A stretch of DNA of 64,000 bases from NCBI GenBank assembly GCA_944393265.1, contig CALXZO010000002.1, positions 5,264 through 69,263 of the forward strand. Reading direction: 5' to 3'. Origin of the DNA: an uncultured Clostridia bacterium (GTDB lineage Bacteria; Bacillota; Clostridia; TANB77; UBA1234). This document shows positions 18,927 to 28,852 of this stretch, piece by piece (position 1 is the stretch's first letter; every line of letters begins with the position of its first letter). The position numbers and the translations under genes are program-made. The notes under the pieces are model-generated. The model was not told the DNA's origin, did no database searches, and was given only the letters and a program-made list of their open reading frames with translations.

Positions 18927-20012
18927 TTATGATTTTCTTTCATATTTTAAATTTGGATTTTTCTCCATTATCTCAAGCCAATAATACAAGTCATATGCAA
19001 CTTCTTTTTCTCCACCTCTTGCACGGACTCTAGGAAGCGAAAGCAAATTAAGTTTTTCACTTGTAGGTGAAGGTGCGGGCTCAGCTCCAACTAACAACAA
19101 AGCTTTATTCTCATATTTTTCGCCTTCATATTCACCACTTGCTATGTATGACTTATATTCTTTTGAAGAAACTCCATAAGGTAGCGCAAGCGAAGTTATC
19201 TCATATCCATTAGTCAGCTTTTTAACTAAATTAGCAACAGAACCAACTTCTTTTTTTATTGTTTCTATTGATGCCTTGCTAAAATTTATGTGCGTGCTCG
19301 TATGATTTCCGATTTCGAATCCACGCTCTATCAAATAATTTAACTTTTCTTCATCCGTCCCTTCTCCCGGGAAAAAAGATGTAGTATTAATAAAAAACGT
19401 TCCATTTAGTCCAAAGTCAGGATGCTCAGCATAAAACTTTTCCATTATACCAACTGCCGACATGGGATTAGCAACTAACTCTCCTTGCTCGTTTTTTATT
19501 AAATTAAACTGCCCTTTCGTTCCATCATCAAAGGTAAAAATAATTGGCGTACAACCAACAGGCACTTTAATGTTATTATCTAAATAATCATTTAACGAAA
19601 TCACACGATAATTATGTTCATACAAGTATTTTAAGTCGTTATAAAAATTGTCATACGAACGAGTCCACTCATCGTTTTCGACCTGAGCGAACTTGTGAAA
19701 CATAACAATTATAATTTTCCCCGATTCGTTATAAACATACTCTTCCGTGTTCGTTTCTTCATTAATAACATTAGCTTCGTCTCCAGAAATTAAATTTTCG
19801 TTATCCGTAGCCATTTCTTCGCCGGAAAAAAACACATCTCCGCTCGCAAATTCTTTTTCTCCCGACTCTTCAAAGATATCAATATCCATGTTTGCATCAA
19901 CTTCTTCATTACTGTATCTTTCATCTGACACAAACAAATTTCCGCTCTCGCAACCAACGCAAATTAGTATAACATATACAGCCAGTAATGTCAACATAAT
20001 ATTTTTCTTCAT
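18927..20012 (-). CDS. Polysaccharide deacetylase (NodB homology domain) lipoprotein
   Basis: Lipobox LICVGC. IIFTFDDG and NHTSTHI motifs. RBS GAGGGGGAG. Confidence 0.75.
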   Translation of the reverse strand: MKKNIMLTLLAVYVILICVGCESGNLFVSDERYSNEEVDANMDIDIFEESGEKEFASGDVFFSGEEMATDNENLISGDEANVINEETNTEEYVYNESGKIIIVMFHKFAQVENDEWTRSYDNFYNDLKYLYEHNYRVISLNDYLDNNIKVPVGCTPIIFTFDDGTKGQFNLIKNEQGELVANPMSAVGIMEKFYAEHPDFGLNGTFFINTTSFFPGEGTDEEKLNYLIERGFEIGNHTSTHINFSKASIETIKKEVGSVANLVKKLTNGYEITSLALPYGVSSKEYKSYIASGEYEGEKYENKALLLVGAEPAPSPTSEKLNLLSLPRVRARGGEKEVAYDLYYWLEIMEKNPNLKYERKS

Positions 20013-20178
20013 AAATCTCCCCCTCACAGTAAAATAATAATATCACTTATAATTATAAAAAACCACCCTTTATTTTCGGATGGTTTAAAATATAAATTAA
20101 AATTATAAACAATAACTTTTTATAGGAACGTTAAATAATCACTATACTTTTATTAATACCCCATTTTATCAAAATAGA

Positions 20179-20667
20179 CTAAAGACCTCTCTTTATTTTC
20201 TTGAAAACCTTTACTGCTCCGTTTAAAAAATCTATTGATTTATCAACTATTGTCGCACCTACTTTAGTTTTGACTGCCGCGTTAATAATTTTTTGTGTTC
20301 CTTTTAGTATTGACCTAGCTACTCTTTCCACAGCCGTTCCTTTTATTAAAGAATTTACTTTATTTAATCCTTTTTGGAGTAATGATTCATCTTTTTTATT
20401 TTTGTTATTCATGTTATTTTTTAACGATACTGTTTTTTCTGTTATTTCAATAGTTTTCGGGGTATCGTTTTCCTTCACTTCTAACTCTTGTTTCTTTGAT
20501 GTAATTTCTGGGGTTTTTTCATTACTAAGGTTATTTTCTCTTATGTCATTTTTTTCTAAATATTCTTCAATTTGCTTTTTTGTTTCCTCCATTCCCTTAT
20601 TCAAATTAATATCATTTTCCATGATTTGGTTTATGTCTTTAGTTGAATTTAATGCTGATATATTCAC
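20179..20667 (-). CDS. Hypothetical Lys/Asn/Glu-rich protein (162 aa, GTG start)
   Basis: GTG start 8 nt after GGAGAGGAG. The opposite-strand ORF 20201..20767 is a low-complexity antisense artefact. Confidence 0.45.
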   Translation of the reverse strand: MNISALNSTKDINQIMENDINLNKGMEETKKQIEEYLEKNDIRENNLSNEKTPEITSKKQELEVKENDTPKTIEITEKTVSLKNNMNNKNKKDESLLQKGLNKVNSLIKGTAVERVARSILKGTQKIINAAVKTKVGATIVDKSIDFLNGAVKVFKKIKRGL

Positions 20668-21097
20668 TATTAAATCTCCTCTCCGTGATTTATTTTGTGG
20701 TACAAAAAATAAACCTTATGAAAATATTTTCACAAAATCTAAAATATTTTTTTATTTGAAAAATTAGAACTAATTAGAACTTATAAAATTTTTGAAACAA
20801 AAATTTATGAATTTAAAAGCCTTAGACCAGCGGCTCGAGTATAAGATATATTCTTTTAGTTAATTTGTCAACTATATTTTTGTGCCTTAAATTTAATAAT
20901 TTTTTAAGAAGATTTTTCCGTGCATGGAAAAATATATGGTATATTCAATATTTTAGCCGAAACTTTATTGAATATTATTTATCATTTTCATAAATAATAA
21001 TTTTGAATTCATAGAACAAAAGCGGATTATTTTTATTTAGGTCTTCTATAAAAATCCTATTTTATATAAAATTCTATGAGTTTTTAGGAGGTAATTT

Positions 21098-21655
21098 ATG
21101 AATAAGAGAATTTTATTTACACTTACACTCGTTTTAACCATGATGAGCCTTTCTCTAGTATTCGCTACGGGTAGTACTGCTACAAACAACGTCGGAAATA
21201 GTGCAGCAAAATCTGTTGGGAACACCACAGGTAATGTTGTAAATGATATTGGTGAAGGAATTGGCGGTGTAATTAATGGTGCGGGAAGTGCAGTAGACAG
21301 CGTAGGTAACGCCGTTACTAATATAGGCAGAGATGTTGGAAATGGTATAAATAATACTACTAACAATGTAACTGACAATTTAGATAATAATACGAATACT
21401 AACCGTACAAAAAATACTGTCAATACTGATAGGACTACGAACAATTCTACCAATACGTTAAGAAATAGTACTAACACGCGTAATAATGGTACGGTATATA
21501 ATGCTACTAGGACAGCTAGTACTACTACAGGTAATGTAGATACGGCATGGACTTGGATTGTTGTCATAGTTGCAGTCCTTGCAATTATAGGCCTAATATG
21601 GTATTACAATTCAGAAAGTAATCAATCAAATAACAAGAAAAAAGAAAGATATTAA
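21098..21655 (+). CDS. Secreted/membrane-anchored Asn/Thr/Gly-rich repeat protein (signal peptide, ~11-residue xxVGNxx repeats, C-terminal TM anchor)
   Basis: AGGAGG RBS. Signal peptide MNKRILFTLTLVLTMMSLSLVFA. Repeats NNVGNSAAKS / VGNTTGNVVND / IGEGIGGVING. A C-terminal TM segment WTWIVVIVAVLAIIGLIWYY. Confidence 0.7.
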   Translation: MNKRILFTLTLVLTMMSLSLVFATGSTATNNVGNSAAKSVGNTTGNVVNDIGEGIGGVINGAGSAVDSVGNAVTNIGRDVGNGINNTTNNVTDNLDNNTNTNRTKNTVNTDRTTNNSTNTLRNSTNTRNNGTVYNATRTASTTTGNVDTAWTWIVVIVAVLAIIGLIWYYNSESNQSNNKKKERY

Positions 21656-21703
21656 TTTATAATTTCATATTAACTTTACTAGTTCACCGCTATATTTACG
21701 AAA

Positions 21704-21735
21704 TAAAGCTAGTATCTACTGCTTTATGTTTTTGT
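21704..21735 (+). terminator. Terminator after the N/T-rich protein gene
   Basis: AAAGC-N10-GCTTT hairpin followed by ATGTTTTTGT. Confidence 0.45.
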
Positions 21736-21818
21736 AATATTATGCGGTGGATTTTTTATTCGATATGTGCTATACTTCATTTTACAATAGTTCGAATCTA
21801 GAATTGGAGGATTTTCTT

Positions 21819-22283
21819 ATGAAAGGAAAAGTAGATGAGAAAAAAATAATTGCAAAGAATAGTAAAGCGTTTCATGATTATTATATAGATTCCAAAATCG
21901 AGTGTGGAATTGAACTTGTTGGAACAGAAGTAAAATCAATCAGAAATGGTAAAGTCAATATGAAAGATAGTTATGCGACCATCAAAAATGGTGAACTATA
22001 CATATATGCGCTACATATTAGCCCTTACGAAAAAGGCAATATTTTTAATAGAGATCCTTTACGCACGCGAAAATTATTAGCGCATAAAAATGAGATTTTA
22101 AAGTTGCTTGGACTTATAAAACAAAAAGGCGTCACATTAATTCCTCTTTCTTTATATTGGGATAAAAGTCATGTAAAAGTCGAGCTAGGCGTTGCACGTG
22201 GTAAAAAGCTTTATGATAAAAGACAAGATATAGCTAAAAAAGAAGCTAATAAAAGAATTGCACAGCACCTTGCCGAAAAATAG
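21819..22283 (+). CDS. smpB: SsrA-binding protein SmpB
   Basis: [23 protein letters not shown]...[13 protein letters not shown]...LIPLSLYW... is typical SmpB. GGAGG RBS. Confidence 0.9.
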   Translation: MKGKVDEKKIIAKNSKAFHDYYIDSKIECGIELVGTEVKSIRNGKVNMKDSYATIKNGELYIYALHISPYEKGNIFNRDPLRTRKLLAHKNEILKLLGLIKQKGVTLIPLSLYWDKSHVKVELGVARGKKLYDKRQDIAKKEANKRIAQHLAEK

Positions 22284-22301
22284 CAAGATGCTTTTAATTG
22301 C

Positions 22302-22763
22302 TTATACCATATTTAAGAACAAATTATCTATCGGTGGAAATTTTCCGGCTTCTACTATCGAGACTAATCTTTTTAGCTTATTTTCTGCGTTTTTCTTTTG
22401 TTCAAATGTAATTAATTTTTTTTCATACGCTATCTCAAGTTCATCTAAATCAAGTATCTCATACGCTCCGTCTTTATATACTTTGAGATCAACAAGTAAA
22501 TCTGTTATCATATATGTATCATTTTCATAAGTATATTCTATTATGTCACAATACCAATATAAAAAATCACCACTGCCGTCAAATATTTTGCTAATCTTCC
22601 ATCCCTCTTCTAATATCGTGAATGAAATTCCTCTACTAATATCATCTCTAGGTTTTATTGGGATCCATCTTGTTATCAAAATTTTTTCATTTGCAAAAAT
22701 TAGCTCATCTCCTGAAATATCAATTATTTCATCTGGGATAAATCTTTTTCTTAATACTCTCAT
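22302..22763 (-). CDS. Hypothetical protein, possibly DUF402-like
   Basis: 153 aa, no signal peptide. Only a weak resemblance to the DUF402 nucleoside phosphatase family. Confidence 0.3.
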   Translation of the reverse strand: MRVLRKRFIPDEIIDISGDELIFANEKILITRWIPIKPRDDISRGISFTILEEGWKISKIFDGSGDFLYWYCDIIEYTYENDTYMITDLLVDLKVYKDGAYEILDLDELEIAYEKKLITFEQKKNAENKLKRLVSIVEAGKFPPIDNLFLNMV

Positions 22764-22814
22764 ATGTTCTTTTCCTTTTTATTAGAATGTTTAATTTCTT
22801 AAATTATAATCTAC

Positions 22815-23798
22815 TTAATTTTGAATTTCAACCCCAGTATAGTAGTGCTTTATTATTTCTTCACATGTATACCCGCTTTTCGCCATTTGGTTTGCACCCT
22901 CTTGGCTCATACCAACACCATGCCCGTATCCAATAGTATAAAATGTTATTGTCCCATCATCTGCTTTTTCTACTCTAAAATTAGTTGAGCGTATTCCTAT
23001 TAACTTTCTTAATTCTGTAGCTTTAAGTATTTCATTTCCTATTTGTAAATTGTCTACCCTTCCACTTCCTGTATAATCTATTATATTTATTTCATAATTA
23101 TTTTTATCATAATCCTTTACTACATCTTTTATAAGTTCTGCAAATTCAGTTTTAGTAAAACTTTTAGTTTCTTGAAATAAGTCATCTTCATTTCCACTAA
23201 CACTTTGTAAGTATGGTATCTCTTCTCCTCCCCACACATATTTTACATTTTCGGTTTGACCTCCACTATGTGCATGAAAAAAGGCAGAAATAATTTCACC
23301 ATTATATGTTATATATCTGTTTTTAGTCTCTGTTACTGCATTCTCTAGTTTTGCCCATTTTTCGTTTTCTTCTTTATCATCCCATGAAGCAAATGCGTAT
23401 TCTTTAGTTTTATAGCATTGACAACAATTTATATCATCACACATGTCTGCGCCACTATGACTAGCTGGATTGTTTATTAGTTTATACATAGTATATGTAC
23501 GCGCAACTATTGCTTGTGCTTTAAGGGCTTCTACCTCATAACTTATAGGCACCTCTCCTATTAAGACTCCCTTTATATAGTCATCAAAATCTAACTCAAC
23601 TACATCGTTCGTTTGTGTTAATAATAACTTAATTTTATCTGGGACTGTCGCATTTTCATTTTTTGTATTATCTATTTTTCCATTTAAATCATTTGTTTTT
23701 GAAGGAGATTTTAAATTTATTTTATCTATTAAGAACAAGTTTGGAATCAGAAAGCATATTAACATAAAAAACCAAAAGCATATTATAAACTTTTTCAA
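22815..23798 (-). CDS. spoIID: Stage II sporulation protein D (SpoIID/LytB family lytic transglycosylase)
   Basis: SpoIID domain motifs (...AQAIVARTY..., ...HAHSGGQTEN..., ...YGHGVGMSQ.GA...) with an N-terminal TM segment. Confidence 0.85.
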   Translation of the reverse strand: MKKFIICFWFFMLICFLIPNLFLIDKINLKSPSKTNDLNGKIDNTKNENATVPDKIKLLLTQTNDVVELDFDDYIKGVLIGEVPISYEVEALKAQAIVARTYTMYKLINNPASHSGADMCDDINCCQCYKTKEYAFASWDDKEENEKWAKLENAVTETKNRYITYNGEIISAFFHAHSGGQTENVKYVWGGEEIPYLQSVSGNEDDLFQETKSFTKTEFAELIKDVVKDYDKNNYEINIIDYTGSGRVDNLQIGNEILKATELRKLIGIRSTNFRVEKADDGTITFYTIGYGHGVGMSQEGANQMAKSGYTCEEIIKHYYTGVEIQN

Positions 23799-23861
23799 CG
23801 AAAAAACCTCCTATCCACATAGTTAATTCTATGTAGACAAGAGGTCATTTTAGAACTCTAT

Positions 23862-24209
23862 TTACTTTGAAATAGCTGTTACTATTTGTGAAAATCCGTT
23901 AGGATCATTTACAGCCATCTCTGCAAGCATCTTTCTGTTAATATTTATATTTGCTTTTTTCATTCCATTAATCAAAGTACTGTAATTAATACCATTTGCT
24001 CTTGCAGCAGCATTAATTCTAGTAATCCATAACTTTCTAAAATCTCTTTTCTTTAGTCTTCTTCCAATGTATGCATACTTTAAAGATTTCATAACGGCTT
24101 GTTTTGCCATTCTAAATCTAATACTCTTTGCACCATAATAGCCTTTTGCCATCTTTAAAACTTTTTTATGTTTTTTTCTTGTAATTTTCGCTGTTTTTAC
24201 TCTAGCCAC
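23862..24209 (-). CDS. rplT: 50S ribosomal protein L20
   Basis: [16 protein letters not shown]... Confidence 0.95.
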   Translation of the reverse strand: MARVKTAKITRKKHKKVLKMAKGYYGAKSIRFRMAKQAVMKSLKYAYIGRRLKKRDFRKLWITRINAAARANGINYSTLINGMKKANININRKMLAEMAVNDPNGFSQIVTAISK

Positions 24210-24227
24210 TTTATATCTCTCCTTTCA

Positions 24228-24425
24228 TTAACCATATGGTAACATTTTCTTAACAGTTGCTTCCATTGTTTTGTCAACTGTTGTTGGTCTTCTTAGTCTT
24301 GCTTTTCTTTTCGCTGTTTTTGCATTTAGTAAATGTCTTCTGTTCATTCTGTTTCTCTTAATTTTTCCTGTACCTGTAAAGCTTACTCTTTTTTTAGTAG
24401 CTTTATGTGTCTTCATTTTAGGCAT
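24228..24425 (-). CDS. rpmI: 50S ribosomal protein L35
   Basis: [14 protein letters not shown]... Confidence 0.95.
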   Translation of the reverse strand: MPKMKTHKATKKRVSFTGTGKIKRNRMNRRHLLNAKTAKRKARLRRPTTVDKTMEATVKKMLPYG

Positions 24426-24548
24426 ACTTAAAACTCCCTTCTTTATTCATCTTTGTTACAATTTTTAATTATATCGTAATCATATTGCCTAATTGCATAA
24501 CGCCTATCATCATGCAATAAACTAAAATAAATTAGTTGTCAAATATAT

Positions 24549-25073
24549 CTAATCATTATTTTTTGGATTAATTATAAGTATCATGCTTTTCCCTTCAAGC
24601 TTAGGCTCTTTATCTACTGTTCCAACATCTTCTAGAGATTTAGCAAATTTATTTAATACATTTGCACCAAATGAAGTATTGTTAACCTCTCTACCTTTAA
24701 ATTTGACTGTAGCCTTCACTTTGTTTCCATCTGTTAAAAACTTTCTAGCATTTCTAGATTTAAATTCAAAATCGTGAGTATCGATAGTTGCTGATAAACG
24801 AATCTCTTTTACTTCAACGACTTTTTGTTTCTTTTTAGACTCTTTTTCCTTTCTTGCCTGCTCATATTTGTATTTGCCGTAATTCATAATACGACACACA
24901 ACAGGACTCGCCGTCGGTGCAACTTCAACTAAGTCTAGCTCTCGCTCGTCAGCTATTTTTTGTGCTTCGCTCGTAGGCATAACTCCTAATTGCTCACCAT
25001 TTTCATCGATGACCTTAACCTCTTTTGCAACAATCTCTTCATTAATAGAAAGCTCTTGTTTGATATAAATCAA
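24549..25073 (-). CDS. infC: Translation initiation factor IF-3 (non-canonical start codon)
   Basis: ELSINEEIVAKEVKVIDENGEQLGV... No ATG. A TTG lies directly at the GGGAGG RBS, and ATT/ATC sit in-frame shortly after it, consistent with the known atypical infC starts. Confidence 0.88.
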   Translation of the reverse strand: MIYIKQELSINEEIVAKEVKVIDENGEQLGVMPTSEAQKIADERELDLVEVAPTASPVVCRIMNYGKYKYEQARKEKESKKKQKVVEVKEIRLSATIDTHDFEFKSRNARKFLTDGNKVKATVKFKGREVNNTSFGANVLNKFAKSLEDVGTVDKEPKLEGKSMILIINPKNND

Positions 25074-25131
25074 CCTCCCTTTTTTATTCTACTTATGAGA
25101 TAATCCAAAGTAGTGTTAATTTTTTATTCAA

Positions 25132-25161
25132 AAAAAAACTTAAGCACCAAGCTTAAGCCAA
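25132..25161 (-). terminator. Leader terminator/attenuator upstream of infC
   Basis: CTTAAGC-TTGGT-GCTTAAG followed by T9 on the minus strand, about 60 nt upstream of the infC RBS. This is the position of the L20-responsive attenuator in Firmicutes infC operons. Confidence 0.55.
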
Positions 25162-25324
25162 ATCCACGACAAAATAATTTACATACAACTCTTTGTGTAT
25201 CAACTATATTGACCAACCATATACATTATGGCGGTGAGAAGTGGATGACTTCTTCTTGAACAGCTCTTATTATAATATCATCCAATGTTCTTGTCAAGCA
25301 CAAATTTTGTTTGCAGCAATTATC

Positions 25325-25426
25325 GTATACATGGGGACGGAGTTTCTGTCTATAATAGTTGAGCATATTATCCTAGACGGACTGATCTTAAGAAGTATGG
25401 ATAGAAACTCCCGTCCCCATGTATAC
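25325..25426. ncRNA. Long, nearly perfect ~25-bp stem with a 42-nt loop in the infC/rplM divergent intergenic region (candidate structured leader element)
   Basis: GTATACATGGGGACGGAGTTTCTGTCTATA ... TATGGATAGAAACTCCCGTCCCCATGTATAC. The stem has 16 perfect bp, a 1-nt bulge, then 7 more bp. It lies upstream of the rplM promoter, so it most plausibly belongs to the minus-strand infC leader. Confidence 0.35.
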
Positions 25427-25443
25427 AAAAGAAAATTTTTCAT

Positions 25444-25472
25444 TGACAAAATGCGCCTTTCGTATTAAAATA
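25444..25472 (+). promoter_or_regulatory. Sigma-A promoter of rplM-rpsI (TTGACA-N17-TAAAAT)
   Basis: Consensus -35, 17-nt spacer, and a near-consensus -10, about 90 nt upstream of rplM. Confidence 0.65.
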
Positions 25473-25560
25473 ATGACGCATGGTATTGAGGATGTCACCC
25501 CGGAAGCATCAAAATACCATAAATTTTGATGATTTATTGAAATGGAGGTTAAGTATTACC

Positions 25561-25995
25561 ATGAATAATACTACATATAGCATAAAAGCTAGTGAAATTG
25601 AGAGAAAATGGTATGTGATTGATGCTGATGGTAAAGTCTTGGGAAGACTTGCTTCAGAAGTTGCTAAACTTTTAAAAGGCAAGCACAAACCTACATACAC
25701 AACAAATATTGATGTTGGAGATTTTGTTGTTGTTGTTAATGCTGATAAAATTAAGTTTACAGGGAACAAATTAGAAGATAAAAAATATAGAAGACATACT
25801 GGTTATATCGGAAACATGAAAGAATTTCATGCAAAAGAGTTGATGGCTAAGGATTCTACAAAAGTTATAATGCTTGCTGTTAAGGGTATGCTTCCTAAAA
25901 ATTCTTTGGGAAGAAAAATGTTAACAAAATTAAGAGTATATGCTGGTCCTGAGCATGAACAAACAGCTCAAAAGCCAGAAGTATACAACTTTTAA
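25561..25995 (+). CDS. rplM: 50S ribosomal protein L13
   Basis: [43 protein letters not shown]... Confidence 0.93.
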   Translation: MNNTTYSIKASEIERKWYVIDADGKVLGRLASEVAKLLKGKHKPTYTTNIDVGDFVVVVNADKIKFTGNKLEDKKYRRHTGYIGNMKEFHAKELMAKDSTKVIMLAVKGMLPKNSLGRKMLTKLRVYAGPEHEQTAQKPEVYNF

Positions 25996-26009
25996 GGAGG
26001 AGAAAGTAA

Positions 26010-26420
26010 ATGCCTAGAGGAGTTAAAAAAGATTTAGCCGTTTTTTGCGGAACAGGTAGAAGAAAAACTTCAATTGCTAGAGTTAGACTTACACCTGGTA
26101 AAGGAAAAATTGTAATAAATGGAGTTTCTATAGATGAATATTTACCTACAGAAATGCTAAGAATAATAGCAAAACAACCTTTTGCTGTTAGTGGAACTGA
26201 AGGAAAATTTGATGCTTCAATAAAGGTTGAAGGTGGCGGTTTTTCAGGTCAAGCTGGCGCAATCAGGCATGGTATTGCAAGAGCTTTAGTTGAAGCCGAT
26301 GAAGCTAATAGACCTACTATTAAAGCTGCTGGTCTTTTGACTAGAGATCCTAGAATGAAGGAAAGAAAGAAACCTGGTCTTAAGAAAGCAAGAAAGGCTC
26401 CACAATTTAGTAAGAGATAA
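26010..26420 (+). CDS. rpsI: 30S ribosomal protein S9
   Basis: ...[25 protein letters not shown]... C-terminal ...[22 protein letters not shown]. Confidence 0.93.
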   Translation: MPRGVKKDLAVFCGTGRRKTSIARVRLTPGKGKIVINGVSIDEYLPTEMLRIIAKQPFAVSGTEGKFDASIKVEGGGFSGQAGAIRHGIARALVEADEANRPTIKAAGLLTRDPRMKERKKPGLKKARKAPQFSKR

Positions 26421-26440
26421 TATTTTTGGATATGCCAAAA

Positions 26441-26480
26441 ACCCTACAGTTGTTTTTCACTGCAGGGTTTTCGTTTTTTG
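26441..26480 (+). terminator. Terminator of rplM-rpsI
   Basis: CCCTACAGT-N10-ACTGCAGGG followed by TTTTCGTTTTTTG. Confidence 0.7.
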
Positions 26481-26561
26481 TTTCATAGAAAAGTCCTCTT
26501 CTTTTATTTTCCCACATTATACTATTTTGGGCATAAGACTACAATAGTAATATTCTTATCT

Positions 26562-28817
26562 TTAAAAGTCATCTCTTTCAAAGTCGTCGTCTTGCTCAAT
26601 AACTAGCGCCTTGCCTTTTAACGATATTTCAGAATCTTGCTCCAAATATTCTTTCATAAAATCTATTATATCTTTTGTACCTTGTGGAATCATTGTATTG
26701 TACTCAAATGGTGACACTATTTTAATTGCTCTTTTTAACATTCCAACATCCCTTATAGCCTTGTCTAATCTTGTACCTTTCATATAACAAGTCCTAGAAA
26801 GTATTTCCTTGGTCTGCCCATTTGAATCTAGTAACATTACATCATATTTATTTACTGTATCTGAAGTATTATATGCATAATAAAATTTAATGTCAGCCAT
26901 ATCAATTTCCGTAGAATATTTCCCGCTCTCATTTAAGCTTTCCGCTATTTCATGCTTCAAAAACGCTTCTGCAACGGATGCCATTTGATAAGAGAACAAA
27001 TGGGGTACAATTTCAGGATTGATTTTCCCCCTTTTATTATCAATTGATTTAAAAAATTCTGAAACATATTCTCTCCTATCTTCGCCATCCCAGAACTCTC
27101 TTACAGCAAACATATCACGAACACTATTGGGTATGCTGTCATTTCCTTCACATATTGCTTGCGCTATGATTTCAATTTCCTCGTCATCTAACCTGTCAAC
27201 GAGTTTTTCGAGAGGTCCTCTTGTATCCTCAACTTCTTTTATTGCTCCGCCTTGCGATTCTGTAGTTGAATCTACCGTTCCTTGCCAAGTAATTGCTATC
27301 TGCTCTTCTTCTTTACTTTGTTCTGAGGTTTCTCTAGGTAACTCTATATTTACGCCTTCCCCATTTTCTTGCACATATGTAAATGTATCATCAGTTTGAG
27401 GCATTTCTTCATAAATAGCAACTGGACCTGTTCCAACATTTGGTATCGCTATTGTTGCGTCATTTGTTGATACACACCTATTTATTCCACATATCGCTCC
27501 GCCTATAGCAATAATTGCAAGAGATCTTTTAATTAACTTTTTTCTGTCAAACCCTTTTTTTGGCCTCATTCTTCTTGTTTGTGTAGGTATATAATTTTCA
27601 TGTTTAATGACTTGTTCAAAAAAATTATTATCAAATTTTCCTATACGTAGCATTGTCTCTCTCATTTGCTGAACACTATTTTGCGCACCCATTAAATTAT
27701 AGTTTTCAACATCAGCACTTATTTCTTCTAATTCTTTAAGATTTAGACTATCAACTTTTCCAATTCTGCTAGTATACAGCTCTCCATTCTTATCATACAA
27801 GCTTCCAATATTTTTCATTCCACCATTTGCTCTAATCGTATTAAAAAATCTATATCTCAGATTTATTAATCTATCATTAGTGGCTTTGGCATTATATAAC
27901 TCCTCTACTAAACTTGGCATAATGTCCTTAATTATACCATTATTATTTTTAATTATATCAAATAGCTTATCCAACTGGTAACCAAAATATATTCTATCTG
28001 CAATATATTTATAAAATGGAGATTCTTTTCCAACACCTAGCTCTCTCATTCGTCTTTCTATTTCAGCATAGGCATTTTTATCATTATTAGAGTAAGGCGA
28101 AGTACTATTAATGGATTTGCTACTCATAAGGTCATTAAAAGGATTTGTTCGTTCTACTTGAAAAATTGGCCTCTTTTTACTGTTAGAATAATGGACTTCT
28201 CTTTTCTCATCTGTATTATGATGCGGTTGTTGTAGTTTTAGCGGTACACTTGGGCGAATGGTTCTATTATGTATCTTATATCCCTCAATATATAATTCTA
28301 ATTGTTCTGCAAAAAGGTCTGTTGTTCTTTCAGCAAAAGATATCTCTTGCTCTACATCATCTATCTTTGCCATAACTATAGCAGGATTATCGTCGCTTGC
28401 GTATTCTTGTAATAACTCCAATTGATTCCTTAATGTTTCTGACTTTTCCAATCCAAGTTCAAAACCATCACCAAATTCCCCTTTTTCAATTAAATTATAA
28501 AATAGCAACTTATTATTTTTTAGATTTAAATATTGTTCAATTCTGATAGATAACACATCTGCTATTTTTTGTTTTAACTCATCAATCATATTAACTTCTT
28601 CTATATTATCCTCAACAAGTCCACTATTTTTATTGTAAATAATTGTCTGAGCAGTATTCAAAGCATTTTGCGCATTTATTATTTCACCTATATATTTATA
28701 AAATTTTGAATCCTCCGATATTGTACCTAATTGCTCTCCATCTTCATCTACAATTGTTATAAATTTACTTTCTTTATCATCAACTAATCCAACATCTAGA
28801 TATGCAGAATATGCCAT
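26562..28817 (-). CDS. Large orphan single-pass membrane protein (751 aa): ~430-aa cytoplasmic N-domain, one TM segment (LIKRSLAIIAIGGAICGINRCV), ~300-aa acidic extracytoplasmic C-domain
   Basis: ATG with an AAGGA RBS. Its own consensus sigma-A promoter TTGCAG-N17-TATAAT lies at 28853-28881 (minus). No family motifs are recognisable by eye. Confidence 0.6.
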   Translation of the reverse strand: MAYSAYLDVGLVDDKESKFITIVDEDGEQLGTISEDSKFYKYIGEIINAQNALNTAQTIIYNKNSGLVEDNIEEVNMIDELKQKIADVLSIRIEQYLNLKNNKLLFYNLIEKGEFGDGFELGLEKSETLRNQLELLQEYASDDNPAIVMAKIDDVEQEISFAERTTDLFAEQLELYIEGYKIHNRTIRPSVPLKLQQPHHNTDEKREVHYSNSKKRPIFQVERTNPFNDLMSSKSINSTSPYSNNDKNAYAEIERRMRELGVGKESPFYKYIADRIYFGYQLDKLFDIIKNNNGIIKDIMPSLVEELYNAKATNDRLINLRYRFFNTIRANGGMKNIGSLYDKNGELYTSRIGKVDSLNLKELEEISADVENYNLMGAQNSVQQMRETMLRIGKFDNNFFEQVIKHENYIPTQTRRMRPKKGFDRKKLIKRSLAIIAIGGAICGINRCVSTNDATIAIPNVGTGPVAIYEEMPQTDDTFTYVQENGEGVNIELPRETSEQSKEEEQIAITWQGTVDSTTESQGGAIKEVEDTRGPLEKLVDRLDDEEIEIIAQAICEGNDSIPNSVRDMFAVREFWDGEDRREYVSEFFKSIDNKRGKINPEIVPHLFSYQMASVAEAFLKHEIAESLNESGKYSTEIDMADIKFYYAYNTSDTVNKYDVMLLDSNGQTKEILSRTCYMKGTRLDKAIRDVGMLKRAIKIVSPFEYNTMIPQGTKDIIDFMKEYLEQDSEISLKGKALVIEQDDDFERDDF

Positions 28818-28852
28818 TTCCTTACCAGCCCCCAATCATAATTATTAATTTT

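Noticed and set aside
20201-20767. 188-aa plus-strand ORF overlapping 20179..20667
   Set aside because: Phe/Ser/Leu-rich low-complexity translation with no RBS. The minus-strand ORF has a GTG start with a strong GGAGAGGAG RBS.
21046-21567. 173-aa minus-strand ORF rich in Val/Leu/Pro
   Set aside because: It is the antisense reading of the N/T/G-rich repeat gene 21098..21655, which has an RBS and a signal peptide. A hydrophobic low-complexity translation of an AT-biased antisense strand is not credible.
21785-21815. GTTCGAATCT motif upstream of smpB resembling a tRNA/tmRNA T-loop
   Set aside because: No flanking acceptor or T-stem complementarity. Only a 3-bp stem is possible.
25241-25468. 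75-aa plus-strand ORF in the infC/rplM intergenic region
   Set aside because: It spans the long inverted repeat and the rplM promoter, has no RBS, and the region is better explained as regulatory RNA structure.
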